Assembly: GCA_036785375.1 (NCBI GenBank)
Contig: JAWMAR010000061.1
Span: forward strand, 9,176,001-9,240,000
Reading direction: 5' to 3'
Length of the DNA: 64,000 nt
Source of the DNA: Leucoraja ocellata
Lineage: Eukaryota
A program made the translations under genes and the position numbers. The notes beneath the pieces are model-generated. The model saw only the letters and a list, made by a program, of their open reading frames with translations. It was not told the DNA's origin and ran no database searches. Positions 34,301-49,300 of this stretch are shown here, piece by piece (positions within the stretch are counted from its first letter, which is position 1; each line of letters opens with the position of its first letter).

Positions 34301-37300
34301 CAGCCAACAAAGGAAACATTTTATTCTGTTGTGCAAAAGAAAATGCTGAGAATGCACAGTGGGCTTGTTGGCATTTAAATGATGAAAGACTGGTTGTAAT
34401 GTTTAGATGTTTAACCATTAATCAAAATGACCAAATGGCTGCTATTGAACTAATTGCCATTTAGTTCTCGAATAAATTTTAAAATGTACGGAAAAAAACC
34501 CAGCATGAATTTGTATAATAGTCACCTGACAAAGGATTGTGGTTTATTTCTCAGAATTGGTTCCCATCAACGGTAAAGACTGTGCCAGTTTATACTGGAC
34601 AAAGCAGTTGGCATCTGTAAGAATTTGCTTTCTGACTATAATTGCACTGGAATTCAAATCCATTTTCAGCATATTGATGGGAAATGAATTAGACTTAAGT
34701 TCAGTGGTATTTTTGTCAAATAAATATGAATTGGGTGTAACTTGCAAAACACAGACTAGGTCTGAACCAGTTTGTGAATAAGTACAATTAAAAAAATTAC
34801 CACCTTAGACAATGGTTTCTTTGAAGCGACCAATAATCAGGATTGGAACCTGAAAACTTAAACTGATTCAAAATACAACCCTGTACGGTTGTATTTGTCA
34901 GTTTTTTTAATAGCATGTAAAAATCAAAGTGAATATTTATAGTTCTGGTGCCTGCCCTTATCAAATTGATCCAATTGATGAGTGTTAGATCAAAGCATCC
35001 CATAATTCTACTTGTTTTTAGTGAGCAAATATACATTGGTTACAAGTGTAGCAAACTTGTTAAAAATGAGAACTCGTGAATGCTGAAATTTATATGCTTT
35101 AATCTTTTTCCTCTGGTAAATATTAGCTTGTCAACTAGGTATTATTGGTCCAAAACTCCTGATTACCAATGCAAATTCTTCAATTCATGGATGTGGTTCA
35201 TTGCTGGACTTCTTAACCACTTTAGTTTATTGGACATAATTGCATAAAATGTGAGCTTCAGTTTGTACACTTACTCTGTATTGCACTCTGCTCATTTATT
35301 GTAGACTATTCTCCGCCCCCTACCAAAAACTCAAATGCCTGAACATGTGTGATTAAACAACAAAAAGAAAGATTAGACTTTAGTGAATGGTTCTGGTCTT
35401 GCAGATTGAGGGTTTGTTCCTCATCCATACCTGCATTATTCTGTTTTAAAGAACAATGGTTAAGCTAACAAAAAACCTAAAGCCTCAAGGAAACGACGTC
35501 ACTGAAGACTACGTGCAATAATAGCACCAAGAAGCAATCAGACTGTCATCTAATCGGCAAAATATATGGCTGAACAGAATGAAAAAATCAGCCATGCAGT
35601 ATTGAGTCATCCAAATTCCTCTTCTCAATCAATAATTATACCAAAATGTTTATCAATAGTGACCAACAAGTGGCCAGTAATGCAGCAGGCAGTGTTATAC
35701 TCTTAAATTAACATTATCTTGAAAGCTAGTTCAATCTACGCTTCGCTATCTGCCTCCAGGTGATTTTGGGAGTCCACCTCTAATTTGTTCCCACTAGTGG
35801 GAACCTTTTTCTTTAACAACTTCTGTGTAAATTTATAATTTTAAGTGCATCATTAACAAGGCAAAGAGTATTGTGCTGAATTTTCACGTTCAACATGGTC
35901 ATCGTTCATGTCAAAAAATCTTCAAGTAATTCAAAAGTTTAACATTTAACCAACTTTTAGTACTCTGCAGCCTTTGGTTCCTTAGTGATTTTTCAAATTT
36001 ATGCTATTTTGTTATTAAAATAAGTTTTTTGTGTTGAAATCACTGTGGTAGTTTCCAGTCAAGTATATTCCTCTGATCTTTCCATATGTCAAAGATCTCA
36101 ATCTGTTTTCTTGCATTTGTGAAGGCTCGTGTTAATCACTGATGGATGTAACTGGGGGCTGGAAACGCTGTACATGATCTTGGCAGTAATCTTCCAGGCG
36201 ACATGGTCCAATTGCTATCGGATCAATTGGTCAAGTCCTTCCTTTCAAGCTCTCCTTCCCACTACTGAAACTTCAGGTGCACCATGTTCATTTTCTTTGT
36301 ATCTTGATTGTAGACCGATCAATGTAGCACACTGTCACAGAACAGAGCCTTTATTCTTTTGTTTCTCTGAGTATCAGACTTTTTGGAAATATGACCTCAT
36401 TGAATGACACTTTCCTGATTTGCTAAACAGCTGAGGTTTCAGTGCAGGTGTCCTATTTAAAAAAAAAGTGTTTGTGCAATATGGAGAATGCAGTAAAGAA
36501 CAGGGCGTGGAAAGCAGCTGCGTGTGAGTTGTTTCCCTCCATTGTTGTAGCTTTCCACATTTAATAGTAATGTGCTGAGACTATGGTGCCAGCAACAGGA
36601 ATGTTCTTGGGACTTTATGCAAATTACTCCAAACCCATTCTGTGGCTGCTAACATTTCGACATATCTTTATTGATAATGATTATGCAAGTTTAGAGTTTA
36701 GTCATTGGTAGCTGGTGGGAGTTGCTGAATCTGAGAAATATTGGTGCTATTTACGGGTGACATCACTTTGCATTCAACAAAAATAGGTTTTGTATGGTGT
36801 TCAGTTTGGCAAGAGGACTTTATGAAAATGGCATTGTCAGCGAATCCTGGATTATTTTGTTGGCCTAATCCTCCGTCTTAACTGTTTTGCATTCCTATTA
36901 CACTTGCGAGTCAGTGACCACCCTACATAATGAAATGCCTTGATCGAGTTTTCTGAGGTGACAACAAAGATGATTGATGGGAGTAGGGTGGCGGATGTTG
37001 TGTAATGGAATTTTAGTAAGCCGTTCATGGTAGATTGCTGCAGAAACTTAAAATTCATGGGATCCATGGTGACTTGGTCATTTGGATTCAAAACTGGTTT
37101 CTTGTAGAAGACAAAGGGTTGTGATGGAAGGCTGTAATTTTGACTGGATGTTTGTGGTCAGTGTAATTTCGCTGGGATCTTTGTTGTTTGTGATGTATAT
37201 AAATGACAGATGTAAATGTAGATGGGTTGGTTAGTAAATTTGCAGACGATACCAAAATTGGTGAATTTGTGCACAATCAAGTTTACAAACGGGATATAGA

Positions 37301-40300
37301 TCACCTATAGAAATGGGTGAAAAAACTGTTTATACAGTATTTCCTTACAATATACAAGAAGACAATGTTGTTCATTGATATGATAATCACCTTTGAAGCA
37401 ATCATATTCCCTCACTTATTTCCCTGTAACTATTGCATGCCACTCAACTTTCCAACCACCTATCCTTGGATAAATTTACAACTGCTGATTAACTTTTTTT
37501 TAAATTTTATTTTTATTAGAAGTACAGTAAATTACAATAATACACAGATATATTATTACATTTGTTGTACCACTTTGTTTTTCGAGCTTTAAAAAAGATA
37601 GAAATAAAAGAAGTAAGGAAAGTGAGCAAGAATGGTGAAGGTGCAGGAAAGTGTTGGGAAAAGAAAGCCCCTTAGGGGGGAAGTTAGAGAAGGAAGTAAA
37701 GAAAGGAAACAAGACCCTAGAAAGAAAAGAAAAAAAAAGGAAAAACAATCGCTCTATTGTAACACAACTCTCAAAAAAGGATATACCAACCGTGTTTTGT
37801 TTTTTTAAAAATTTATTTTATAACCCCCGTTACCAGATCCTGGTACCATTTATATTTTAAATTACTATTGCACCTTATGCTTGTAATAGTTCCATAAATG
37901 CAGACCACGTCTTTTGGAAGTGGTCTGCTTTGCCTGCTAGGAGGAGTCTGATTAACTTTTCACCTCTCATCTTATTGGGATGCTAGAGGAAGCCAGAGCA
38001 CCTACATGTTCATGGAGAATGTACAATAAAGACTAATAGCGAGGTTGAAATAGATCCCAGGGTGGCGGGACTGTACTGATCGGCAGCTATGGCTGTATTC
38101 AGGTTTATTGCCAGAACTATTTTCAAATGATTAACGTCTCTTCAGTTTGAAATTGGTATTCAACTCTTTCTCTTCCTCACCTGGCAAGGATGCTTTTTGA
38201 AAAGCAATGGTGGCATTATTAACTGAACAATTGCAATTCATTCAGTCAGTGGAGCATAATAAATCAGTTTAGTGTAGAAGGCATTGCTTTTGAGTCTGGT
38301 ATTTGTGCCAGTAACAGGAATGCAGACTGACTTTTTGCCACTTTGTCCTTTTACTTACCTTTGTCTGAGGCATTTGCTGGGCCATTACAGAGGGCATCAC
38401 CACATCAATATGAGCCTGCATGTACACAGGTCAAACCAGGTAATAATAGCAAATAATCATCCCAAAAACACCCTGTTTTTTGGCCTGCTTTCTTTTTTCT
38501 GTTTTGACGTTACTAATGTCAAGCAGGATCCATTTACTCAGATGAGGGTGCATACTTTTTGCTACTGCTTTAAGAACTATTGTAATGGGTGATGAAAACT
38601 GTATAATGTCTTTGACAGATTTTAATAGGTGTATAATTTGTGGCATCTGCTATCCATGAGTTAGATCAGTGATAACTGCTTAACCTTGGCTTAATTATCA
38701 TTGAGGTGAATGGTGCAGAAATATAACATATAAGAGCAACTTGCCATAGACATGGGCAGTCCAGTTAGTGAAGCTGCTGCCTCAGCACCAGTGACTTTAC
38801 CGCCAAATGACACATTAGGGGAAATTAACTTACCAAATAGCAATTCTGTGGGATGTGGAAAGAATCCAGAGCATCCAGAGAAAAGCTATTTGGTAACAGA
38901 GAGGATGTGCAAGTTCAACATAAATATGGGGAAAGAGTAAATGCAATTAGATTGGAATTACTGTAAATGGTGTCTGGTGGACTTGGTGGGCTGATGGGCC
39001 TGTTTCCGTGCTGTAGCTATCTCTCTCCCTGACTGACGAATGCTCACACCATGGCTACAATCTGCCTTCTTCCATCTGCACCTGCAAAATATGCTGCCAC
39101 GTTGCTATTTTATCTGGATCCAAACTGACACTCTATTATTTGTCTTGGATATTTTGGATTGTGGGCCTTCAGTATTCCTTGCTTAAAAAGAAACATTTAC
39201 CTGGTGTCTCTGTATTTTGCCAGTAGGATAAATCTTCAGAGTTTGGCAAGCAACAAGATGCCTTTCAAATTCCCTTTACACATTTTCCTTTATTCTCTCC
39301 AGTTTACGAACACCCAACTTATGTAGGCCTGTGTATATGAATGAGCTTTTGGGACACTGGTGGGATGAATTTGCTGGCAGCCGTGGGGATGTTGCATGCA
39401 TCTTCTACATGTGGGTATTCAATTGGTGGCCACATACCCACGTGAACTGTTTGGGTTACGGACTGTAACCTCATGGATATGCTAAATCTTGTCAGATAAT
39501 TGCACATAATTGCAGAACCAGTCCAGGTGCTCCATGCGGTTGGCCACTTTCTGAGAGTTTACCTTGTCAAGAGAGTTGACCTGTCAAGAAATGTATAGGA
39601 CATTACTGGCAGGGACCGTGCTGTATTACTCTCTACGCTGGAGCCTTGCGTTTCAATCTCTGTCTAACCTGGAAGGAGCAGCAGCCACTGATGGTCAGAT
39701 TGGGTGAAATGAGGGTGAGGGATGGGGTGATAGACATATTTGATGGTGGTGAAGCAATGGTCAATAGTGTTAACATCCTGCAAGGGATAGGAGAACATAC
39801 TGATGGTATTTGGGGAGTATGTTTCTGAAGTTGCCCTGGTTGAAGTCATGGTGTCTCAAGGAATTACTGACCGAGTACAATTTGTTCAGTGCCATCTTGG
39901 CGTTAGCTTGAGCTGCATAGACCACTGACAAGATGGTAGAGGTGAATTTCCTTCATGAATGGGTATTCCAGGCATGGGAGCAGAATTGGCTCGGACTGTC
40001 ACATCAGTGCCACCTTTCCCTTTGCCTGAAGATTTTGTACGGTCCACACAGTAAATGGAGAAACATGGGTTGTGTGGGGTGAGGTGAGTCAGGGAACAAA
40101 GCAGTTCCAGAACTGCTTTGAGAACAGCAGCATTTGCACTCAGCTTTTCAAGTCTGGGAGGCATTGGGGAGGAAGGCAGGACCCCCCCCCCCCCTTGTTT
40201 CAACCACACCTGCTGCCACTCTCTCTGGACTACCAGGCTTTGTTAGTACTGACAGCTTGAGCCGGCAGCATCGGGTCTAATAAAGATCGGGAGTTCCCAG

Positions 40301-43300
40301 AGTTCCTTTGAAATAGCGATGATTGACAGGAATCTCAGCAATGAAACTAATGACTTACTCAATGCTGGAATGGCTTGATAAGGAGAGATGGTTGTAAACG
40401 GCTGTTTTAAGAGAAACATCATTTAAAATGTCACCACTCTCCCCGACATTTTCATGGGCTGTGCATAAAACACACAATTTGAATCCATTAGTTTTGTCCG
40501 CTTTTGTTAACATTCGGTGAATAAGGGAAACAAGCAGCAGATAAGTCTGTGAATAACATGCTTGACATTTCAGTATCTATAGGTACAGAATAGAAACAAG
40601 AAAATAATGAACTTGCATACAATCTATGTAACCCTGACCTGTTGCGTAGTCCGTTGTAAATGTCCTGTGGACATTTACAGGCTGCCATTTTTGACTCGTA
40701 GTTGGTCTATTTGCCCTATTTTTGGTTTTAGAGTCAGCCATACCGCGCAGAAATGGGCCCATCGGCCCAACTTGCCAGTGTCGACCAAGATGCTCCATCT
40801 ATGCTAGTCTCACCTGGCCCGTATTCTTCTCAACCTTTCCTACTCACATATTCATGCACCTGTCAAAATGTCTCTTAAATATAGTTATAAATTGCCCCGT
40901 GGAACACAATTTGAATATAAATTTACTTGAACTTGAGGATGTTTTTCCCAATACTCCTTGGCTCATCAGCAGGGTGTTGAAAATTGAAAACCATACTTAT
41001 TAGTGACCTTTTTATCGTATTCCAACAGAATATTTTGAGAACTCTGGTATAGTCGACAGAATACTGAACATGTGAAGTAGTGCTTTTGAAAACTGCAGGG
41101 TGAGAGCCAAATTAAAGGAAAGGAGGATAGCCTGTCGGGTTGTTCATAACTCGTTCTTGATAAAGTAATGCAATTCTGCCCAGAGAAAAATTATGCTATC
41201 TGCCTGTTACTGATAGTGTTCTGGAAGTACAGTGGAAACATTGTTTGATCATTTCTGTTTAAATGGAACTGTAAATGTTCTGCAGGGATCTGTTTTTTTC
41301 CAAATTAGATAAAATGTCTGCAGTATGAATAACATGTACTGGTAATGTAATATTACTGAGGTCAGAGAGAATTTGATACAGATCCATAAACTGATGTAAA
41401 ATTGAAGGCTAAGTTTTCAGTCATTCAATGAGATCATTGCTGACCTTTAACCTAGTTGTTTCCTGCATTTGTTCCACATTTGTCAATAACTTTTTTACAA
41501 AAACCACCAAATTCTGATTTAAAATTATCAATTGATATAATGTTTCCAGAAGCAAGTTCCAAGCTTTTATCACTTTCTGCGTTTACTCCACATCTGAAAA
41601 GCCTGGCTCTAATTTTGAGGTAATGAATCAAGCAGCTATATAGCTTAGCCTTAGCCCATCAGCTGAACTTGTCCCTTCAACAGAAGTTCCAAGACGACAC
41701 TGTAGCTGCTGGATTTTGGAGCAACAAAGAACGTGCCGGAGGAACTCAGCAGGCCAGACAGCATCTGTGCAGGAAAAGGGATAATGGATGCTTTGGGTCA
41801 AGAAGCTGCATCAGGACGGGATGGGAACTTAGAACTATATGAGAAGCAGACCACTGCAGTCCGGGGCTAGTGGAGTCAAGGGATATGGGGAGAAGGCAGG
41901 CACGGGTTATTGATAGGGGGCGATCAGCCATGATCACAATGAATGGCGGTGCTGGCTCGAAGGGCCGAATGGCCTCCTCCTGCACCTATTTTCTATGGTT
42001 CTGCATCCCCATCCCTGGGAGGCATTGATGGCCTTGCTGTCAAAGGCTTTTGGAACAGTTTCCAATGTTTTTATAGGACAATTTGCACTTTTATTTTACC
42101 AGAGCCAATTACCCAAGAAACCTGTATGTCTTTGGAGTGTGGGAGGAAACCGGACGGAGCACCTGGGGGAAAACCCACACGGTCACAGGGAGAACGTGTA
42201 AATTCTGTACAGACAACACCCATAGTCAAGATTGTACCTGGGTCTCTGGCGCTGTGAAGCAGCAACTCTACTGCTGCGTTGCCGTGCCGTGCAGGTTGCC
42301 GATTTCCTGAGACATTATTAGTGTGAACGTGGTTTGCGGTAAATGACGAAACATTGCTGCAAATTTATTTATGGTGTGGAAACCAAGGAAGCTGCATCAT
42401 TGGAGGCAGGAGTAGGCATTCTCTGTCAAGGTGTTCTGTAAGATAATGGCTGACTATTCCCCTTGGGACTGTTTTTCTGCATTAACCCCATATCTCCATT
42501 CTCTTTGTATCCCACGCTTTACCAGTCCCCAGTGACTGAGGCTCTACAGCCTTACTGAGCAGAGAATGTTGAGATTTCACTTTGCCTCCTGAAAGCAGAC
42601 CAAGTAAAACTGCATGTGTAGGAAGGAACTGCAGATGCTGGTTTACACCGAAGAAAGACACAAAATGCCGGGGTAAGTTCCAAACACCCAAGCTGCGGCA
42701 TAGCTCATCCCTACATCTTCCTTGTCAGGACTGGTGAGAGTTTTGTACATTTCAATAGATGGCTGAATATTGTGTGTTTCTTGGCTGTTGTTACTTTCCT
42801 ACGTGAAGTAGCTTCCTGTAGAGAAATTAGGAAATGCTTGGGGGATATGAAAGAGCACTGATAAGCAAATCTGTTATTGTTATAATTATTTATTGCTCCT
42901 AACATCAAAGTTTAAAAACTAAACTTGGAGTGCTGGTTAATTCTTTCCATGTTCCTCATAAATATTTTAAATTGGGCTTGTTTGGACAATCCATAATCTT
43001 TCCCTGTAGAACCACAAAACACAGTACATTGTTATCAGGACATTCCTTCCAGGCTGCAGATAACTTTGCTAATTGGTTGTTTGTATCAGTACTGTGGTGC
43101 GAGACCCTTGACTTTACAAAGGAATTTACGGCCTGCAGTCTTCTTACCAGAAATCTGGTGTAAATCAATCTTCTTGTTTTTCAATTCTCATTTACTGTAA
43201 ATAATTTTTTTTTTAAACTATTGCTAAGGCAAGTGCTAGAAAAAGACAGAAATTGATGTGAATGACACTACAGGGAGATTTCTTGATCAAAACATATAAT

Positions 43301-46300
43301 CCTGAGGGATATCACAGGTGGGTGTGGAGATGTTTCCTCTTGTGTGAGAACCTAGAACCGGGGGTCACTGTTTACAAATAAAGGCGGCCCATTTAAGAGC
43401 GATGAGGCAAATTGTTTTCTGAGGATCTTGCAACATTAAGAAGCATTTGAGTTCCCATGGAGTAGAAAGCTATGGACTAAATGTGGGTACATGGGGCCAG
43501 TATAGATGGGTCCAGTGGATGAGGTGGGCTGAAGAGACTGTTTTAGTGCTGTGTGACTGGCTATAATTGTGAGCCTTTGCAATGCACTTGCTCAAGAGGC
43601 AGTCAGCCTTTGAATGTTTCAATGTAAATGTAGATAAGCAGGGAATTGAAAGGTTACTAGGAGGACAGCAAGACTACAGAGTTGAGGTTACCATCAGATC
43701 AGCTGTGATCTTTCTGATTAATATTCCATGTTAAACTTGGGAAGGGCAGTAGGCTCATGAGTTGCACTGCACGTTGAGTATTGGAAACCCCTATTTGTCC
43801 GGATGGAATATTGCTATATGTCACAACTGTACATGTGGAGAGTTAGAGCGAGTTCTTTTTTTAAAAAACATATGCAGTAATTAAACAGTAAATTTATCAG
43901 CATTTTGAGAAGGTATCTGCTAAGATTAATGGTAAAGGTGAAATTTTAAGGTGTAGTGAGCACTATACTGAAATTTATGCAATCAACTGCAAGTAATCAG
44001 ATGAGGGAAGAATGCCATTGGGTCTAAAAATACAAACTCCTTGATGGTGCGGGGGGGGGGGGGTAACTAAATAGAGGCAACAAAGCATTCAGGAGAAGAG
44101 GTTAAAGTATGAAAAACTATTGAGGATAAGTTAAAGGTACTGTAGCTAAATGCAGGAAGGAGTTGTTACACAGTACAGGAATGAATGGTAGAAATAGAAG
44201 GAAATGGATGTGATCTAATTGGCATGACTGAAACGCTGCCAGAAGTGAGAGCTGAATGATTTGGGCCATTTGACATTCAGGAGCAACGAAAGGACATGGG
44301 ATAGCACTGTTAACAAGGAATGAGTTCAATACGAGGGGAAATTGCCTCAGTAGCATGGATCAGTTTGGGTGGAACGCACAGGGCAGAAAACTTTGGAAAT
44401 TATTATAGGCTACCGAATAGTACACAATGTCAGGAAATTTTAAAATGCATGTAATGGGTAATATGGATAACATGGGGGACATGAATCTACATAGAGATTG
44501 TATGCCAGCTTAGCACAGTACAAGAGTGAAGGGGTCTTCATGAAGTTATGTAGGGCTTAGGTGAGAGTTGAGCGTCTGTGGCAGTGAACAGGTTGAAGTG
44601 ATGTGGGAAATGGGATCAGTGGGATTGCTCCAGATAGCACAATGACAGATAGCACAATGGGCTAAGAGTTCGGCTGGCGACCGGAAGGTAGCCGGTTCAA
44701 ATCCCGCTTGGAGTGCATACTGTCGTTGTGTCCTTGGGCAAGACACTTCACCCACCTTTGCCTGTAATGGAATGTACGGCGGCAGGCGCGGGCACACCGC
44801 GACGCCCTGTGTCTCCCTTTCAAGGGAGATGCTAAAAATGCATTTCGTTGTCTCTGTACTGTACACTGACAATGACAATAAATTGAATCATTTCATTTCA
44901 TTTTTTTTTTTTGCTCGGCTGGGAGCTGGCATGGACCCAGTGAGCGTTCTTCTGTATTGTTACAGGATAACTTTATACCTGGCAGCTTAAAACCCCAGGG
45001 AAATACAATTATCTTACTGATGTCTCATGTTTATGTATTCTGCATCTTTCCTGTTATTGCCTTTTTTTAACTCCATCCTGTTTTCTGTGCTTTATCATTG
45101 TTTATCACAATTCAATGTGCCAAAAGTTGCTGAAACTGACTGTTCCTTGTAAGGTTACATTTTATACCCATGCAGTAAGCTGCTCCAAGTAAATCGCATC
45201 ACTTTCATTGAGTCGAAACATCCATTGTGGTTTGTATTGCAAGTGTGTCCTGTTCATGTTTAACTATCAGCACTGTATTGAGTGACAATCCTTGGTTATT
45301 TGAAAATGCTCCCAACACACATACTTTGATCATTTTAATTATCATTTTAATTTTTAAAGTCTGATGCCTGTTTTTTGCATTCTTTCCTAATCTTGCGATT
45401 TGCTGGGAGAACATAGGACTGTGCATCAGAGGGCAACCATCATGGCCATAGTCTATCATCCGTTACGGTTGTGGGAGGAAAGGGATGTGATGGGCAGAGG
45501 CTTGCATGAAAATTATGAAATGCAAGCGGTTAGTTGTAATTCGCAACAGTGAACCTAACCTAATGAGAATTTCACTACAATTAATTCTAAACATATTAAA
45601 AGTCAAGACCCTTTGTAACGATAGAATGTATTTTAAGTTAGGGATTTTTTAAATTAAACATCAGTAACCACATTACAATATTACCATGTGTAAAATGTGT
45701 GCATTGGAACATGCAGATTAGAATGATCTATTGACTTGAATTTACTTTTTAATGAAATGGGGTGGCTGGAAATCGACCTGTTTTCATGAAATTGCAATTG
45801 AATAGATGTAAACCAAGCACTTGAATTGTTCAAGTTGGAAGGAGTATAATGCTTTTTTTACTCTCCAGTGGGATTTATAAACCTCCTGATGTGTGTTCCT
45901 TTGCATGCCATTCTGACTGCATCAATCACCACAGGCTAACAGATTGAATACCATGGTTCACACCCAGTGGAGGCTTTGCATTCCATCGAATTCTTGTTCC
46001 ATTTGTGCAATCTAAATGAAACAAAAGTTAATCAGTCATAATTTAGCCTCAGCAGATCTCAGTTTGAAGTCTATAGTGCATATAGTGCTTCTAGTTGCTT
46101 TCCCCCTTGCTGCTCTTTTTGCCCTTCCCCTGAAAAGGTAGAAATGTGGATGTGAAATATCAAAGGTTCCATCCTGGTCACAGGGTGGAGCTGACCTGGG
46201 GAACAGTTGCTTTGTAGTGTAACTGGTTACTCCATTCCTGCTGCACCCATTGAGTTTCATCCTAGTCACATGACTATGGCTGGAATGTGTGAAGTTACAA

Positions 46301-49300
46301 TAACTAATCTGTATTGAGTTAACCAAGATAAGAATTATCTCGACGGGCATGTTGTTGGAATTGCCATTTGTACGAGGGCCAGTAAATGGGATTTTAGGGT
46401 ACAGAAGATCGACAAAGCAAATTTCATTTAATTGTTAAATGTATCCAGGTGTTCTATGTGCAAGCTGTGTTGGAATTATTCTAAAATCTGCTTCACATGT
46501 TGTCAGTCATTGAGTGCACGTGTTTTCAGCCTTGAATGTTTTTGTTATTGTGGAAAACAATCGATCTTCAATTAAAGGAAAATGTTGATCTTTTTTGTAT
46601 ATTACCTAAATGAATCCTCTGCAAGATGCTTGTCCACATCAAGCTAAAGCTTGCGTAATGTCACTTGTGCAAGATGAAAAAATCTTATTGTACAATGGGA
46701 GTACTTGGATTCCACTAATTACTAGATTTATTTACAAAAAACAGTAAATTATTCTTTGTCATTTGGTGAAATGTAAATAACCATTGAAACATCAAAACTA
46801 TTGAATTAACAAACCTTTTTAAGGAAGAGTTAGATATATTCTCACGTGTAGGAAGGAACTGTAGATGCTGGCTTAAACCAAAGATTGACACAAAGGGCTG
46901 TCACCAGTGACATGAAGGTACCTCTCAGAAGAGGAGGGCCTTCGGGAATGGTGACAGGGAGGAGGTGAAATGCTATGGGGAATAAAGGGGAGGTAATTTA
47001 AGACTGAGGTGAGAAAAAACTTTTTCACCCAGTGAGTTGTGAATTTATGGAATTCCCTGCCACAGAGGGCAGTGGAGGCCAAGTCACTGGATGGATTTAA
47101 GAGAGTTGGATAGAGCTCTAGGGGCTAGTGGAGTCGAGGGATATGGGGAGAAGGCAGGCACGGGTTATTGATAGGGGAAGATCAGCCATGATCACAATGA
47201 ATGGAGGTGCTGGCTCGAAGGGCCGAATGGCCTCCTCCTGCACCTATTTTCTATGTGACTGAGACGAGGCAAGGGCGACTACAGGAGGAAGCTGAAACTT
47301 CATACCACTCCACACATCCCTCGTTGTTCTGCTGAAGAGCATTACAGGCTACAAGAAGACCAGTGGCCTGGGGAGGGAGAGCAATCGGGACTGGGCCAAC
47401 AATCTAAATCTGTTTTTTAATAGATTTGATAGTGGGGCCCCTGCCCACCCTCCCCCCCCTACCTAGATTTCCAGGTAGATGCTGCAGATGTTCTACCAAT
47501 CGGTCGGTGGTAGCCAGTGCCATCATCTTCGCTGCCTTGTGTGGGGTCAGCAGGGTGAAGGGGGATAGAAATAACAGACTTATCTGGAAGGCTGGCTCTG
47601 TCCTGGGGGTGGAGTTGGATTCATAGGAAGTGGTCTTGGAGGGGTGGATGCTTCCCAAACTGCAGAGCATCCTGGACAATACAACTCACCCCCGCCTTGA
47701 CACACTGGTCAACCAGAGGAGTACCTTCAGCAATAGACTGGTTCCACCAAGATGCAGAACAAACCATACAGGAGATCCTTTTTCCATGTGGCTATCAAAT
47801 TGTACAACTCCTCCCCCTTCTGTTATGGGGTAGACTGAGACTGATGTCCCTCCCCCCTCCCCTCCCCAATCATTGATGGGCACATCTCCAATCCTTTCCA
47901 CTTTAGTTTCACATTTCATGTATTTTTTGTTTTTATGACTGTTGGCAGATCAATATCCCTCCTGGGATAAATGAAGTTCTATTGTATCGTATCATTAAAA
48001 AGCTGGAGTAAGTCAGCGGGTCAGACAACATCTCTGGTGAAAAGGAATAGGTGACGTTTTGGATCGAGACCTTTAAGACTGAGAGTTAGGGGAAAGGGAA
48101 ATGAGAAATTGACGGCAATATAGAGAGATATAGAACAAATGATATGTAAAAAAGGAGCGCTGATACAGGCCATTGTTAGCTGTGCCAAGTTACAGACAAT
48201 GAGACTCAACAAGATGACTTTGAGGCTAGTATGACGACTTGGGTGGGGGAGGGACGGAGAGGGAATGCAAGGGTTATTTGAAATTAGAGAAATCAATATT
48301 AATACTGAAGGTAGACACAAAATGCTGGAGTAACTCAGCGGGATCAGTCGGAAGAAGGGTCTTGACCTGAAATGTCACCCTTCTCTCCAGAGATGGTGTC
48401 TGTCCTGCTGAGTTACTCCAGCATTTTGTGTCTACCTTCGATTTAAACTAGCATCTGCAGTTCTTTCCTACTCAATATTTATAGCGCTGGGTTTTCAGCT
48501 GCCCATATGAAATATGAGGAGCTATTCCTCATATTTGCATTTGGCCTCACTCTGTCACTAGAGGAGCACCAGAACAGAAAGGTCTGTGTGGAAATGGGAA
48601 GGGGAGTTAAAGTATTTGGAAACTGGATGATTAGGTTGGCTCAGGTGGAGTGAGCAAAGGTGTTCAGCGAAATGATCGCCCAGTCTATGTCTGGTACCGA
48701 GGAGACACGTGTGAAGGCCTCATCTATGATGGAAGAGGGGAACCTCTGTTCCCTAAAGAATGAGGATGTCGCTGATGTCCTGTTATGGAACACATATTTT
48801 TCATGGGCACAGATGAGGCTTAGACGGAGGAATTGGGAGCAGGGGCTAGGGTCTTTGCAGGAAGCAGGGTGGGAGGCAGTGTAGTCTAGATAGTTGTGGC
48901 AGTCAAGTTTATAATAGACGTCAGTTGATAGTCTTATCTCCTGTGTGATTCTCTGTTCTACACTCTCAGTGCCCTGGTACTTACTGTGCAAGTTCTGTCC
49001 TGGCTTAATTTATCAAAATGCAACACTTCATACTTGTCAGAGTTAAATTAAATCTGGCAATTATTGCCGCACTCTTCCAGTTGATTAAATTCTGTTGTAA
49101 TCTTAGGCAACTATGGACCTGCTAATCATGCCAACTACAATCTCCTTCCAACACATTGGAAATTCAACCTGTTTAAAAAGTTTGGGTGAGATTTAATTGT
49201 TTCAGTTAAATAAAAATGATACCTTGACAGAGTTAGAATATGATTTTGGTGCGGATATGTGAATTTAATAGGGGACCTGTTGTCTGATTTATTTGTGATT

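Noticed and set aside
36481-36523. Possible extra TJP1 first exon ([14 protein letters not shown]|GTGAGT)
   Set aside because: Ends in phase 1, incompatible with phase-0 exon 2; could at most be non-coding
44647-44712. tRNA gene
   Set aside because: A/B boxes are present but there is no convincing acceptor stem, and it continues into a SINE body and tail
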